Part shown: positions 26,655 to 34,878 of the stretch, one piece after another
Numbering within the stretch: position 1 is the stretch's first letter
Layout of the letters: each line of letters begins with the position of its first letter
NCBI GenBank assembly: GCA_001303025.1
Contig: LJNK01000013.1
Location: 12,683-76,682, forward strand
DNA length: 64,000 bases
Direction of reading: 5' to 3'
Origin: Deltaproteobacteria bacterium SG8_13
Lineage (GTDB): Bacteria > Desulfobacterota > Desulfobacteria > Desulfobacterales > SG8-13
Made by a program: the position numbers and the translations under genes
The notes under the pieces: model-generated
Databases searched by the model: none
The model's input: the letters and a program-made list of their open reading frames with translations, nothing else
Told to the model about the DNA's origin: nothing

Positions 26655-28175
26655 TTATGGCCTGGTTGGTTTTTGGGCATGTTTTGGGCTGAATACCGCT
26701 TCGATCACAGCTTGCATCAGCGCCTGATCATCTTCTGCCTGCCATTGCAGCCCGACGGTCAGTCGACTTTCGTGAAGCTCTATGGTCGTGTTCAGTCGAT
26801 CATGGTGAAGAAGTTCGCCGAAGGTGGCGACGATGCTCTCATGGTCATTTTGGTTTTCTCCGGATTGAAGCCGGTTGAAAACAGGTATGGCGTCGAATCC
26901 TTCACGGAATTGCTGAGCATATTGCAGCTGCCGCCCCTTGTCACCGAGAAATCGAAACACACCGGCCATCGAATCGATCTGTTGCATCGAACGATCCAGC
27001 AAGGCCAGGAAGTCTGCGGCCGCAGCGATTGCTTGCCTGGAATCTCGATCGCTTCGGCGCAGCGAATCGGGAATCAGCGAATTGGTCCAGCCCCGGGGCA
27101 GATTCTGCGGGATCCGCACGGACAGTCCGGCGAGTTGGATCGGTTTTTCAAGGGCTTCGGCAAATCGGGCAACCGCCAAAGAATGCCAGCGCTCTGTGCC
27201 TCCTTCCCACAGCTGTGATTGTTTCAGCGGCGCACACACAGCCCAGCCGGGGTGAAACCAGATTCGATAGGATTTGGCTGGAAATCCGCTTTTGGCAGCA
27301 GTTTCCAGGACCATGGGGTTGAACCGGTATGCATTGCCTTCCGCTGGCAGCAAGATGCGTTCCCATGGATCACTGTGAAGCAACGGCTTTTTCAGATCGG
27401 CAGATTCGTTGCCCTGCAAGATCAGAACAGGCAGCATCTGGTTTTCAGGATCGGGATACAGCAGCAGTTTCATCCGCTGTATTTCGGATACTGCCAAAAC
27501 CGCCGAGGCGAACCGCCAGTTCGGGTCGTCGATGATAAAGGGAAGGCGCTTTTGCAATTCCCGGCGAAGGGCCGGCAGATCCGCTTCCAGTAGGATGAAA
27601 GGCTCTTTTCCGACGCCCTCCGTCGACTTTGCCGCCCGAAACGGGGTTTCACGGGCGCTGTGTCCCGGAGGACCCTTGTGGAAAAGCAGCGGGTATCCGA
27701 AGAATATGCCGGTGGCGATCAAGACAAGCATCCCGGTTGCGGCCGATGCCAGAAGAAAGACCCTTCTTTTCCTGGTATCCGGCTTTCCGCTGTAGGTTTG
27801 AAAAACCGGCTGGCGAGTTTCCGATGCTTCGCTTTCCCTCTGATCGGTCCGGATGACCTGTATCTTGAGGGATCGGGATGGTTGCTTGCGGCGCAGGGAA
27901 ATGATCCGGCCGCACTTGCGGCATCGCAACCGCGACTTTCCCTCTTTCAGTCGCTGGGCGCTGAATCGGTACTTGGTTCCACAGTCCGGACAGCTGATCA
28001 GCAAATATCGGGCTCCGTTAGCAGGCGTCGTCGGCGTTGTCTGCAAGTTTTCTGAAGGAGGTGTCTGACGCAGAATTTCGCCACACTTGCTACAACGGAG
28101 AATCCGGGCCGGATCGGAGAGCCGAGCGGCATCTATCCGGTGTTGAACTCCACATTCGGAACAGCGTATGATCAT
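26655..28175 (-). CDS. Double MJ0042-type zinc-ribbon protein with TM helix and a domain of about 330 aa of unknown function
   Basis: Two copies of the 'CxxCG...(R/K)CxKCG' ribbon are present ('IRCSECGVQHRI...LRCSKCGEIL' and 'ISCPDCGTKYRF...LRCRKCGRII'). A hydrophobic helix 'VFLLASAATGMLVLIATGIFFGY' follows. Confidence 0.7.
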   Translation of the reverse strand: MIIRCSECGVQHRIDAARLSDPARILRCSKCGEILRQTPPSENLQTTPTTPANGARYLLISCPDCGTKYRFSAQRLKEGKSRLRCRKCGRIISLRRKQPSRSLKIQVIRTDQRESEASETRQPVFQTYSGKPDTRKRRVFLLASAATGMLVLIATGIFFGYPLLFHKGPPGHSARETPFRAAKSTEGVGKEPFILLEADLPALRRELQKRLPFIIDDPNWRFASAVLAVSEIQRMKLLLYPDPENQMLPVLILQGNESADLKKPLLHSDPWERILLPAEGNAYRFNPMVLETAAKSGFPAKSYRIWFHPGWAVCAPLKQSQLWEGGTERWHSLAVARFAEALEKPIQLAGLSVRIPQNLPRGWTNSLIPDSLRRSDRDSRQAIAAAADFLALLDRSMQQIDSMAGVFRFLGDKGRQLQYAQQFREGFDAIPVFNRLQSGENQNDHESIVATFGELLHHDRLNTTIELHESRLTVGLQWQAEDDQALMQAVIEAVFSPKHAQKPTRP

Positions 28176-28348
28176 TCAAATGATAGCACCGGTTGAGATC
28201 GTTTGGGAAGGCCCTTGAGAGGGACCGCTCTATTGGCAGCAGCAAAACGACAACAGCGTGTAATTATACCACGGATGGTTTCGGGACTCAATTTGAACGG
28301 TGACCGCAAAGCGGTTGCGGCAGTCGACCGCTTGCCGGCATCAACACG

Positions 28349-29542
28349 ATGCGTCGGTTGTTTTCGATAGGAAAATGGTTACTGTCAAACATGCCGATCT
28401 CAACCGGAGTAAATCGAAGACGGATGCCGAATCTGAAAAAGGGAAAACACGCACGGGATTGGAAAGTGCAAGTGGATCGGATTGCCGGTCAGGTCCGGCA
28501 CAACTGCGATGTTTCAGACGCCAAAAACGCCGGTCTGTATTCCATCTGCGGTCTGGCGTTGCGACTGCGTGATCTTTTCAAATGGGAGATGGGCCTGCCC
28601 CCCTGGGAGGAGAAAGACAGCCCCGAAATACTGGACTGGATCGGAGGCCGGGAACAGCGATGGGAAAAATTGGCGGATGACCACTTTTCTCGGATATCCA
28701 TACAGGGGCAAGACTTTGATCCGTTTAACACCGCCGCAATCAATGCTTTGCTGGAACCCGCCGGTCTTTATTACGGAGCCGGATATGCCCACGGCCTTAA
28801 ACCAACCTTTTTTCTGGCGCACCTGGAAAGAAAAGAGCTTGTTGACGGCATTGCGGTCGTCATCGTGGGGAAAGAACTGGCAAGGGATCTGTTAACGATT
28901 CCGGCACTGTCCCAGGATCATTGCGTGATATTACGGCAGGATTCTGCGCGTCTCCATCTCTGGGATAAAATGTTTTACCTGAAAAAATCGGCCCGGCCTG
29001 CGCTTCAATTTGCATTGGAATGCAGTGGTCTGCAGGCGAAGACCGGCGATGGTCTCCGGCCAGGGCTAGAGGCAGTGTGTGAGGCCCACCGGGACAACTA
29101 CATTTATCATGAAATTGGAGAAATACGTGACGCGGTGTTCGAGCGTGAAGAGTGGCGCGAAATGATCGCCCTATATTCCCATAGTCCGGTTGAACTGCTG
29201 GTGCGATCGATCAAGGACCTGTTGGCGGATACAAACGAACACGGAACGCTGCAGCATATTATCGCCGAGCGCAATGCCGCCGCTTTCGGTCTCTATGCGG
29301 CATTCATTGACGGTCTGGCCAAAGAGATATTTTCTGAAGTAGCGCCTGCATTTCAGGAGTTAGCCGCATCCGGCGATTGGCAGGCGGTACGCAGCGCCAT
29401 GGAAGCCGGCTACACGAGGGCCCGCCGCATCAGCGAACAGATTATAAATCTGCATCGAGAAGGAAAGCAGAAAAACGAGCCGCAGTGGGCACGCTGTGCC
29501 ATTGAACAGCAAGTTTTGGGGAGCATCATCAAGCGCAGCTGA
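28349..29542 (+). CDS. Conserved-looking hypothetical protein (397 aa)
   Basis: This is a long ORF with protein-like composition and GC3-rich codons. I cannot assign a family with confidence. The start is uncertain, with alternative ATGs at 28391 and 28424. Confidence 0.6.
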   Translation: MRRLFSIGKWLLSNMPISTGVNRRRMPNLKKGKHARDWKVQVDRIAGQVRHNCDVSDAKNAGLYSICGLALRLRDLFKWEMGLPPWEEKDSPEILDWIGGREQRWEKLADDHFSRISIQGQDFDPFNTAAINALLEPAGLYYGAGYAHGLKPTFFLAHLERKELVDGIAVVIVGKELARDLLTIPALSQDHCVILRQDSARLHLWDKMFYLKKSARPALQFALECSGLQAKTGDGLRPGLEAVCEAHRDNYIYHEIGEIRDAVFEREEWREMIALYSHSPVELLVRSIKDLLADTNEHGTLQHIIAERNAAAFGLYAAFIDGLAKEIFSEVAPAFQELAASGDWQAVRSAMEAGYTRARRISEQIINLHREGKQKNEPQWARCAIEQQVLGSIIKRS

Positions 29543-29703
29543 CCGGATGGAATATATCCAAACCTGCTGCGCAAGGCTCTCCGCTGCGGGTGGTTGCGAA
29601 TTGCATAGCAGGGGCGATGCCCCGTTCCTGCGGGAATAGGCCTGCAACCGGTTGTTGTGGAAATCTTCAAGTTTCGGACTGCGGGTGCGCGGAGAAGGCG
29701 GAT

Positions 29704-30159
29704 ATGAAGAATGAAGTCGTGATTCCCCCTGAAAGGGCCGTTTTCTGGCTGGACGGAGATGGACGCTGGCACAATGCCCATGGTCCGTTTGAACATAAAA
29801 AGATCATCGATTATTTCCATGCCGCCATTCAGCGGGACGAAGGCGGTTATTACCTTTGCCAGGAAACCGACGACCGCCGCGAAAAGGTCTATTTCCGGTT
29901 TGCAGACACCGCCCTGTTTGTCTTCGACGTGATCCGGGGCGCCGCCAACCTGATTCTGGTGCTGAATACCGGCGAGCATCTTCCCCTGCGGCCGGAGCAT
30001 CTTTTCATTGAAAACGATGCGCTCTACATTCGAAAAGGCGAGGAGCGGGTCAAGTTCACCCAGCGATGTTTGATGAGAATTTCCGACCGGTTGGAGATCG
30101 AGGATGGGGTGTATTTCATTCGGATCAACCGGGGGAAGTGCAGAATCCTTTCGAAATGA
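29704..30159 (+). CDS. DUF1285-like protein
   Basis: 'FWLDGDGRWHNAHGPFEHKKIIDYFHAAIQRDEGGYYL...VYFRFADTALFVFDV' resembles the DUF1285 pattern as I recall it. The start was moved to ATG 29704. Confidence 0.5.
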   Translation: MKNEVVIPPERAVFWLDGDGRWHNAHGPFEHKKIIDYFHAAIQRDEGGYYLCQETDDRREKVYFRFADTALFVFDVIRGAANLILVLNTGEHLPLRPEHLFIENDALYIRKGEERVKFTQRCLMRISDRLEIEDGVYFIRINRGKCRILSK

Positions 30160-30219
30160 ATTCCGGTGCGTTTCCCTGGCACCGGAACGAAAACGAGCGA
30201 TTATGCAATGAAAGAATAC

Positions 30220-30247
30220 TTGACATACCACCACGTGGTATTATACT
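30220..30247 (+). promoter_or_regulatory. Near-consensus sigma-70 promoter with an embedded palindromic operator
   Basis: TTGACA (30220-30225), a 16-nt spacer, then TATACT (30242-30247). The spacer contains the perfect palindrome ACCACGTGGT (30230-30239), which can also be read as a 7-3-7 inverted repeat, ATACCAC/GTGGTAT. Confidence 0.5.
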
Positions 30248-30253
30248 GTCGTT

Positions 30254-30396
30254 AAGGGCAGATAAACGACCGGGGTGTAATGCATGCGGCACCGTCTGGG
30301 CGTTCGTCTGCAACAAACGGTAATAATGCCATATTACCATCTCTTTACCTCCTTGAGGGCGGTTTGCTCCTGTGGGCAGACCGCCCTGCTTATTTT
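30254..30396 (+). ncRNA. Candidate trans-acting small RNA (about 140 nt), family unknown
   Basis: It is bounded by the promoter above and a strong intrinsic terminator, with no plausible plus-strand CDS inside.
- Predicted long imperfect stem: GCAGAUAAACGACC / GGGCGUUCGUCUGC.
- Predicted hairpin: GGUAAUA-AUGCCA-UAUUACC.
- A single-stranded 'AUCUCUUUACCUCCUUG' lies just before the terminator. Confidence 0.45.
30356..30396 (+). terminator. Rho-independent terminator
   Basis: A 12-bp stem (AGGGCGGTTTGC / GCAGACCGCCCT, one G-U pair) with an 8-nt loop, followed by GCTTATTTTA. Confidence 0.65.
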
Positions 30397-30460
30397 AGAC
30401 GTCGCTGAGGGGAAAATAGGGGATGCGGGTGGATAGCGGATGGTCGGAGGACGCCGGGCA

Positions 30461-30952
30461 CTACATAGGCAGCCCGGTGCGAATCAGTTCCGGTTCGCTT
30501 ACGAGAAAATCCTTCAATTTCCTGATATGGCGGTTCTCTTCATCGATCACCCGACGCAGCTCCCGCCGGGCCTCATCATTCTGAAGAAACGATTCCAGCA
30601 TCTGGTAAAACAGTATGGTGTCCTCTTCGAACTCGATGAAAACAGCGATGAGTTCTCTTACTTGCTCGATTTTTCCAAAATCGACCTCTTCCAATGAAAA
30701 GCTCATATTTCCCAGCAGCTTGTCCAGGATTTCATGGCCAAATGCATCGGCAACCGGGTTGCTGACAGCGGCGTCGATGTTTTCTTTCATGTTGAGGAAA
30801 AAATCGGCATGCTGCTTTTCTTCATCCGCCATCCAGCCGAGCAGCGATGCCATTCGCGGATTTGCGGCCTTATCGATAGCGTCGCGGTAAGTCTGCTCAC
30901 CGTTTCTTTCGATTCGAATCGCCATATCCAGAATTTCTTCCGCCGTGAACAT
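30461..30952 (-). CDS. Ferritin-like / rubrerythrin-family protein
   Basis: 'AIRIERNGEQTYRD...MADEEKQHADFF...FEEDTILFYQ...IDEENRHIRKL' is a four-helix di-iron-type pattern. The start was moved to ATG 30952, because the upstream part of the track ORF is not protein-like. Confidence 0.7.
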   Translation of the reverse strand: MFTAEEILDMAIRIERNGEQTYRDAIDKAANPRMASLLGWMADEEKQHADFFLNMKENIDAAVSNPVADAFGHEILDKLLGNMSFSLEEVDFGKIEQVRELIAVFIEFEEDTILFYQMLESFLQNDEARRELRRVIDEENRHIRKLKDFLVSEPELIRTGLPM

Positions 30953-31322
30953 CGCTTTCCTTTCGGTTTCTTTTCCTATTCCTTCCTGTCTTTTATACGG
31001 CCCGGACGGCTTCGTCAAGCGGGCCTTCGCAGCGGTCGAGCCTGAGATCGATATCATGACGAAAATACCATGTGCTGGCGACAGTCGGCTGTCGAATCGA
31101 GCAGATAAACAGAGCCAGAGCCGGATTGCCCGGCCGAAAGCCATAGTGGATGTCTTTTCCCAGACGGTAGACAACCCCCGGTGGTCTTACAACACCGGAT
31201 CGTTATACCCGTAACCCGCCTGGTGGTGCCCCCACTCGTTGACCCCTATCAGCGGGAGCCAGGAAAACAGCAGAAAATGGAATTGCCGACCGTATTGGCG
31301 CACGGGCCGGCAGAGCTTTATC

Positions 31323-31351
31323 TTGACCCTAACCGCTCGAAATTATATAAT
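31323..31351 (+). promoter_or_regulatory. Near-consensus sigma-70 promoter
   Basis: TTGACC (31323-31328), a 17-nt spacer, then TATAAT (31346-31351), upstream of the DUF2726-like gene. Confidence 0.5.
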
Positions 31352-31468
31352 TTAGAACAAAACTTACGGGCGGACACCTTTCGTGTTCGAAATTCGGCAG
31401 GAGTTGATCCGCCGGTGGCAGCCCGGGGCCGCTGTTACAGATCCATCGGATCAACCAGAGGGGGGAAA

Positions 31469-32227
31469 TTGAATATCGTCACCATCTTATTGGGTGTCTT
31501 CCTGGTTGCCCTGCTAGTGCTGTATTATTTGATGAAATCGGGCAAGGTTACCAAAGAACCCCAGCCGGAAAGCCCTGATTTTCCCTATATCCGGGAGCCG
31601 AACTTGCTCACTGCCTACGAGCAGTCCCTTCTGAGTGCCTTAATGCGGGTTCTTGATGAACGGTACCTTGTTTTTGCGAAGGTCGGCCTGGCAAACATCC
31701 TCAGCACGGATCCGGAGCTGCCCGACCGGGCGCTCGGTTCTGCGCGGGAGCGGATCGAACGGGAGAATGTCGACTTCGTCATATGTGAAAAAGACGGCTG
31801 CGGTATTTTGGGCGTTATCCAACTGGATCCTTACACCCATCAGCCGGACGGCCGGCGCCGGCACGAGACGTTCATCGACATGGCCCTGAAAGCCGCGGGG
31901 GTTCCCGTTGTCGGCATGCCGATAAAGGAAAAGTATTCCGAGCAGGAGCTCCGTATCGAGATCACCCGGTCAATGGTTCTCGACTGGGGAAGCCAACCCT
32001 CTATGGCCGGTCGCAAAAACCGCGTTGCCGAGTCCCAGGCATCCGGACCGAAATCCGACCTTTCGTCACTTGGGGACTGCCCGGACTGCGGAGCACCGCT
32101 GCAAGTGCGCCAGGCACGCCAGGGCAAGTTTGCCGGCAAGCATCTTCTTGCTTGTTCCCGATATCCGGTCTGTAGAAATATCCGCCTGATTAAGGATCAT
32201 TCTGCCATTTTGGAAGCGCAATCGTAA
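31469..32227 (+). CDS. Membrane-anchored DUF2726 (nuclease-related fold) protein with C-terminal topoisomerase-type C4 zinc finger
   Basis: It has a TM helix 'IVTILLGVFLVALLVLYYL', a DUF2726-like core 'LLTAYEQSLLSAL...YLVFAKVGLANIL...VDFVICEKD' and the zinc finger 'CPDCGAPL...LACSRYPVCRN'. The start (TTG 31469 or GTG about 31400) was placed downstream of the promoter at 31323. Confidence 0.6.
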   Translation: MNIVTILLGVFLVALLVLYYLMKSGKVTKEPQPESPDFPYIREPNLLTAYEQSLLSALMRVLDERYLVFAKVGLANILSTDPELPDRALGSARERIERENVDFVICEKDGCGILGVIQLDPYTHQPDGRRRHETFIDMALKAAGVPVVGMPIKEKYSEQELRIEITRSMVLDWGSQPSMAGRKNRVAESQASGPKSDLSSLGDCPDCGAPLQVRQARQGKFAGKHLLACSRYPVCRNIRLIKDHSAILEAQS

Positions 32228-32266
32228 GCCCATGCACTCATATTACCTGCGGAGCCGATCGCACTA

Positions 32267-33046
32267 TTGAAAGAGCACGAATATATCCGGCAGACACTGG
32301 AGCGTTACACCGGCAGTTCGCTGGAAACGTTCTGCGACCATTTGTTGATTACCAATTTTAAGCCTTACATTCGCCGGTTTCAGGAAAAAACCGAAGGGGT
32401 CTATTCCGAGGGCAACTTCCGGGTGGTACACGCAGCCGAGATGAACTGCACCATGATCGATTTCGGTATCGGATCGCCCCAGGCCGCGTTGTTGATCAAC
32501 TGTCTGGCATATCTCGACCAACTGAAGTCGGTGATCATGCTGGGAATGTGCGGCGGCATTGACGACACCCTCGCGGTGGGCGATTTTCTGATCCCCTCGG
32601 CTGCGATCCGCGGGGAGGGTACCAGCCGCCATTACCTGCCGCCGGAGTTTCCGGCCATTCCGGCGTCTTCGGTGAACCTGTACTGCATCGGTGCCGTGCG
32701 AAAAGCCGGACTGGCTCCGCGATGCGGCATCGTTTATACCACCGACAGACGGTTGTGGGAATTCGATGAAGATTTTGTTGACTATCTGCGCAAGCAACGG
32801 ATTCTTGGTATCGAAATGGAGCTGGCTACCCTGTTTTCCGTTGCATATCACTATGAGATTCCAACCGGCTCCATTATGCTGGTGTCCGATATGCCGTTGA
32901 ACAAAAGAGGGGTGAAAGACAAAAAACGGCACGAGGAGATTTACACCAACCACATGGAACCACACCTGGAGCTCGGCATCGACGCCGTTTTGAACCTGCA
33001 GCGCAGCTGGGGTGCGGTAGAAAAGCGGCTACGCAGTGAGTGGTGA
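32267..33046 (+). CDS. AMP nucleosidase-like protein (PNP/UDP phosphorylase superfamily, short form)
   Basis: 'IDFGIGSPQAALLINCLA...IMLGMCGGI...GDFLIPSAAIRGEGTS...GIEMELATLF' fits the nucleoside phosphorylase/AMP nucleosidase catalytic domain. Confidence 0.6.
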   Translation: MKEHEYIRQTLERYTGSSLETFCDHLLITNFKPYIRRFQEKTEGVYSEGNFRVVHAAEMNCTMIDFGIGSPQAALLINCLAYLDQLKSVIMLGMCGGIDDTLAVGDFLIPSAAIRGEGTSRHYLPPEFPAIPASSVNLYCIGAVRKAGLAPRCGIVYTTDRRLWEFDEDFVDYLRKQRILGIEMELATLFSVAYHYEIPTGSIMLVSDMPLNKRGVKDKKRHEEIYTNHMEPHLELGIDAVLNLQRSWGAVEKRLRSEW

Positions 33047-33205
33047 CGCATCTTCCCCTGACCGGCTGCCGCCATAACCGATTCTGCAAGGCCCGAGTGT
33101 CTCGGCCGATGTTCCGGTTGGGTCGATAGGCGGACATCGAAATTTCAGCAGTTCCATCTTCCCTCCTTGCCCCCAACGCCACGCCTGCTCCGTGGAAAAA
33201 TCGTC

Positions 33206-34852
33206 ATGACGGATGTTGAACGGACAACAGCGGCGGATGCCTCTCCGGTTCGCCAACACGCGGAGCGAATCGCCTCTCGAATATTTGGCATCATTGCCGA
33301 CCATTTTCCCGTGGCCGCCGCCAGCGACGAGTTCGGTTATTTCCCCCAAGTGGTCAACCCCCGGACACGCTGGGATTCATGGGATCGTTTCTGTCCGGAT
33401 GGCGTGCAGGATGCGGCTGCAAGGCTTCGGGCGGAAGCCTCGGCCTTGAAGCGGCTTTGGTCCGACGAAGCGGACTCCGGGTCAGTGGACGCGGAAACCC
33501 GCGTTGACGCCTGCCAGGTGTTGGATACGGTTGAGACGCTGGTCGAGCAGTTGACCATCGTGCGGGCTTGGGAAATTCAACCGACCTGGCATTTGACGAT
33601 CGCGTGTGTCGGCCTGACGGAAGCGCTCGAATCGGGAGATCCGGAGGCCCCCCGCCGTCGGGCTGCCGGTCTGGCGGAATTCATTTACCAGGCCTGCGCC
33701 ACACTGCGAAATGTGCCGGCGCTGTTTCGGGATCTCGGACTGGAAATGGCAGCCGGAACCCGCAGCTTTCTCAAAGGCTTGCTGCCGAAACTGCCGGAAT
33801 TGAAATCAGCCATGCAGGCAATCGATCGGTTGGAGACAACCCTGGCCGGACTCGCCGTGCGCAGTGGCTTTCGGCTTTCCCGGGACCACTTTGAACAGGT
33901 AATAAGGGTGCACCTTCAGCTTGGCCTCGATGATCGGGAGCTGGCGGCCCTTTTGGACCAGGAAGTCCGGGAGATGCGCGAGCAGATCGAGCGGATTGCC
34001 GGCGGCCCGCTGACCGCTGCAGACCTGGAAAAGGCTATCCGGCGTTTGCCACCGCCGCCGGTGCCAGACGGCGGTTTACTGCATCTATACGAGGGGGAGG
34101 TGGTGCGACTGGCCAAGCACTGTGTGGACCAAGGCCTGCTGGCAGAGAAGCTGGCAGCTCGATGCCCGGTCCGTGTGATGCCGGTGCCTTCCCATCTTTC
34201 CGCCATCCGGTCGGCATCCAGTTACAGTATCCCCCCGCGGCATCCACCGACCGGGGGCGTTTTTTACGTTATCAACGCCGAGCAGCCGGGTGAACTTCGA
34301 AAGAACTACCAGCGTGAATACCGGATGCTGATCGCACACGAGACCTTTCCCGGACACCACATGCTGGATATCCACCGCTGGAGCCTTGCGCGACCGATAC
34401 GACGGGTTATCGAAAGGCCGCTGTTTTACGAAGGATGGGCCTGTTTTGCAGAAGAGATGATCCGGATGACCGGTTACCTGCATACCCGGCAGGACCGGCT
34501 GTTGCTGGCGCGGCGGCGCCTCTGGCGGGCGATAAGGGGACAGGTCGACCTGGGGTTGCAGTCGGGGCAGTTCGGCCTGCAGTCGGCTGCGCGTCGTTTG
34601 ACCGCAACCGGTATGAATCCGCAGGACGCCCTGTCTGCCGTGCGCAAATACCCGTTGAACCCGGGGTACCAGTCATGTTACACCGCCGGCATCCGCCGGT
34701 TTTTGGATTTGTATGATCGGCACGGAGGAGAAGGCCTGCCCGCATTTGTCGCTACTGTACTGGGGCAGGGTGAAATCGGATTTGAAGATATGGAGAAAGC
34801 GTTCCCCCGCGGGCCGGTGGATCGATACCCGACCGATACCAGTTGGCGGTGA
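33206..34852 (+). CDS. DUF885-family protein (metallopeptidase-like)
   Basis: 'AHETFPGHHMLD' matches the HExxPGHH-type motif characteristic of DUF885 as I recall it. The alternative start at TTG 33167 is less likely. Confidence 0.65.
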   Translation: MTDVERTTAADASPVRQHAERIASRIFGIIADHFPVAAASDEFGYFPQVVNPRTRWDSWDRFCPDGVQDAAARLRAEASALKRLWSDEADSGSVDAETRVDACQVLDTVETLVEQLTIVRAWEIQPTWHLTIACVGLTEALESGDPEAPRRRAAGLAEFIYQACATLRNVPALFRDLGLEMAAGTRSFLKGLLPKLPELKSAMQAIDRLETTLAGLAVRSGFRLSRDHFEQVIRVHLQLGLDDRELAALLDQEVREMREQIERIAGGPLTAADLEKAIRRLPPPPVPDGGLLHLYEGEVVRLAKHCVDQGLLAEKLAARCPVRVMPVPSHLSAIRSASSYSIPPRHPPTGGVFYVINAEQPGELRKNYQREYRMLIAHETFPGHHMLDIHRWSLARPIRRVIERPLFYEGWACFAEEMIRMTGYLHTRQDRLLLARRRLWRAIRGQVDLGLQSGQFGLQSAARRLTATGMNPQDALSAVRKYPLNPGYQSCYTAGIRRFLDLYDRHGGEGLPAFVATVLGQGEIGFEDMEKAFPRGPVDRYPTDTSWR

Positions 34853-34878
34853 GCGGACTTTCAGAGGGGAGGAAGTAT

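Noticed and set aside
30125-30340. A minus-strand 71-aa ORF with a perfect AAGGAGGT RBS, lying within the candidate sRNA locus.
   Set aside because: - Its third-codon positions are A/T-rich, unlike genuine genes here.
- Its translation is not protein-like.
- It overlaps the 3' end of the DUF1285-like gene.
- Its 'RBS' is simply the complement of the sRNA CCUCC segment.

I kept it as the main alternative hypothesis to the sRNA call.
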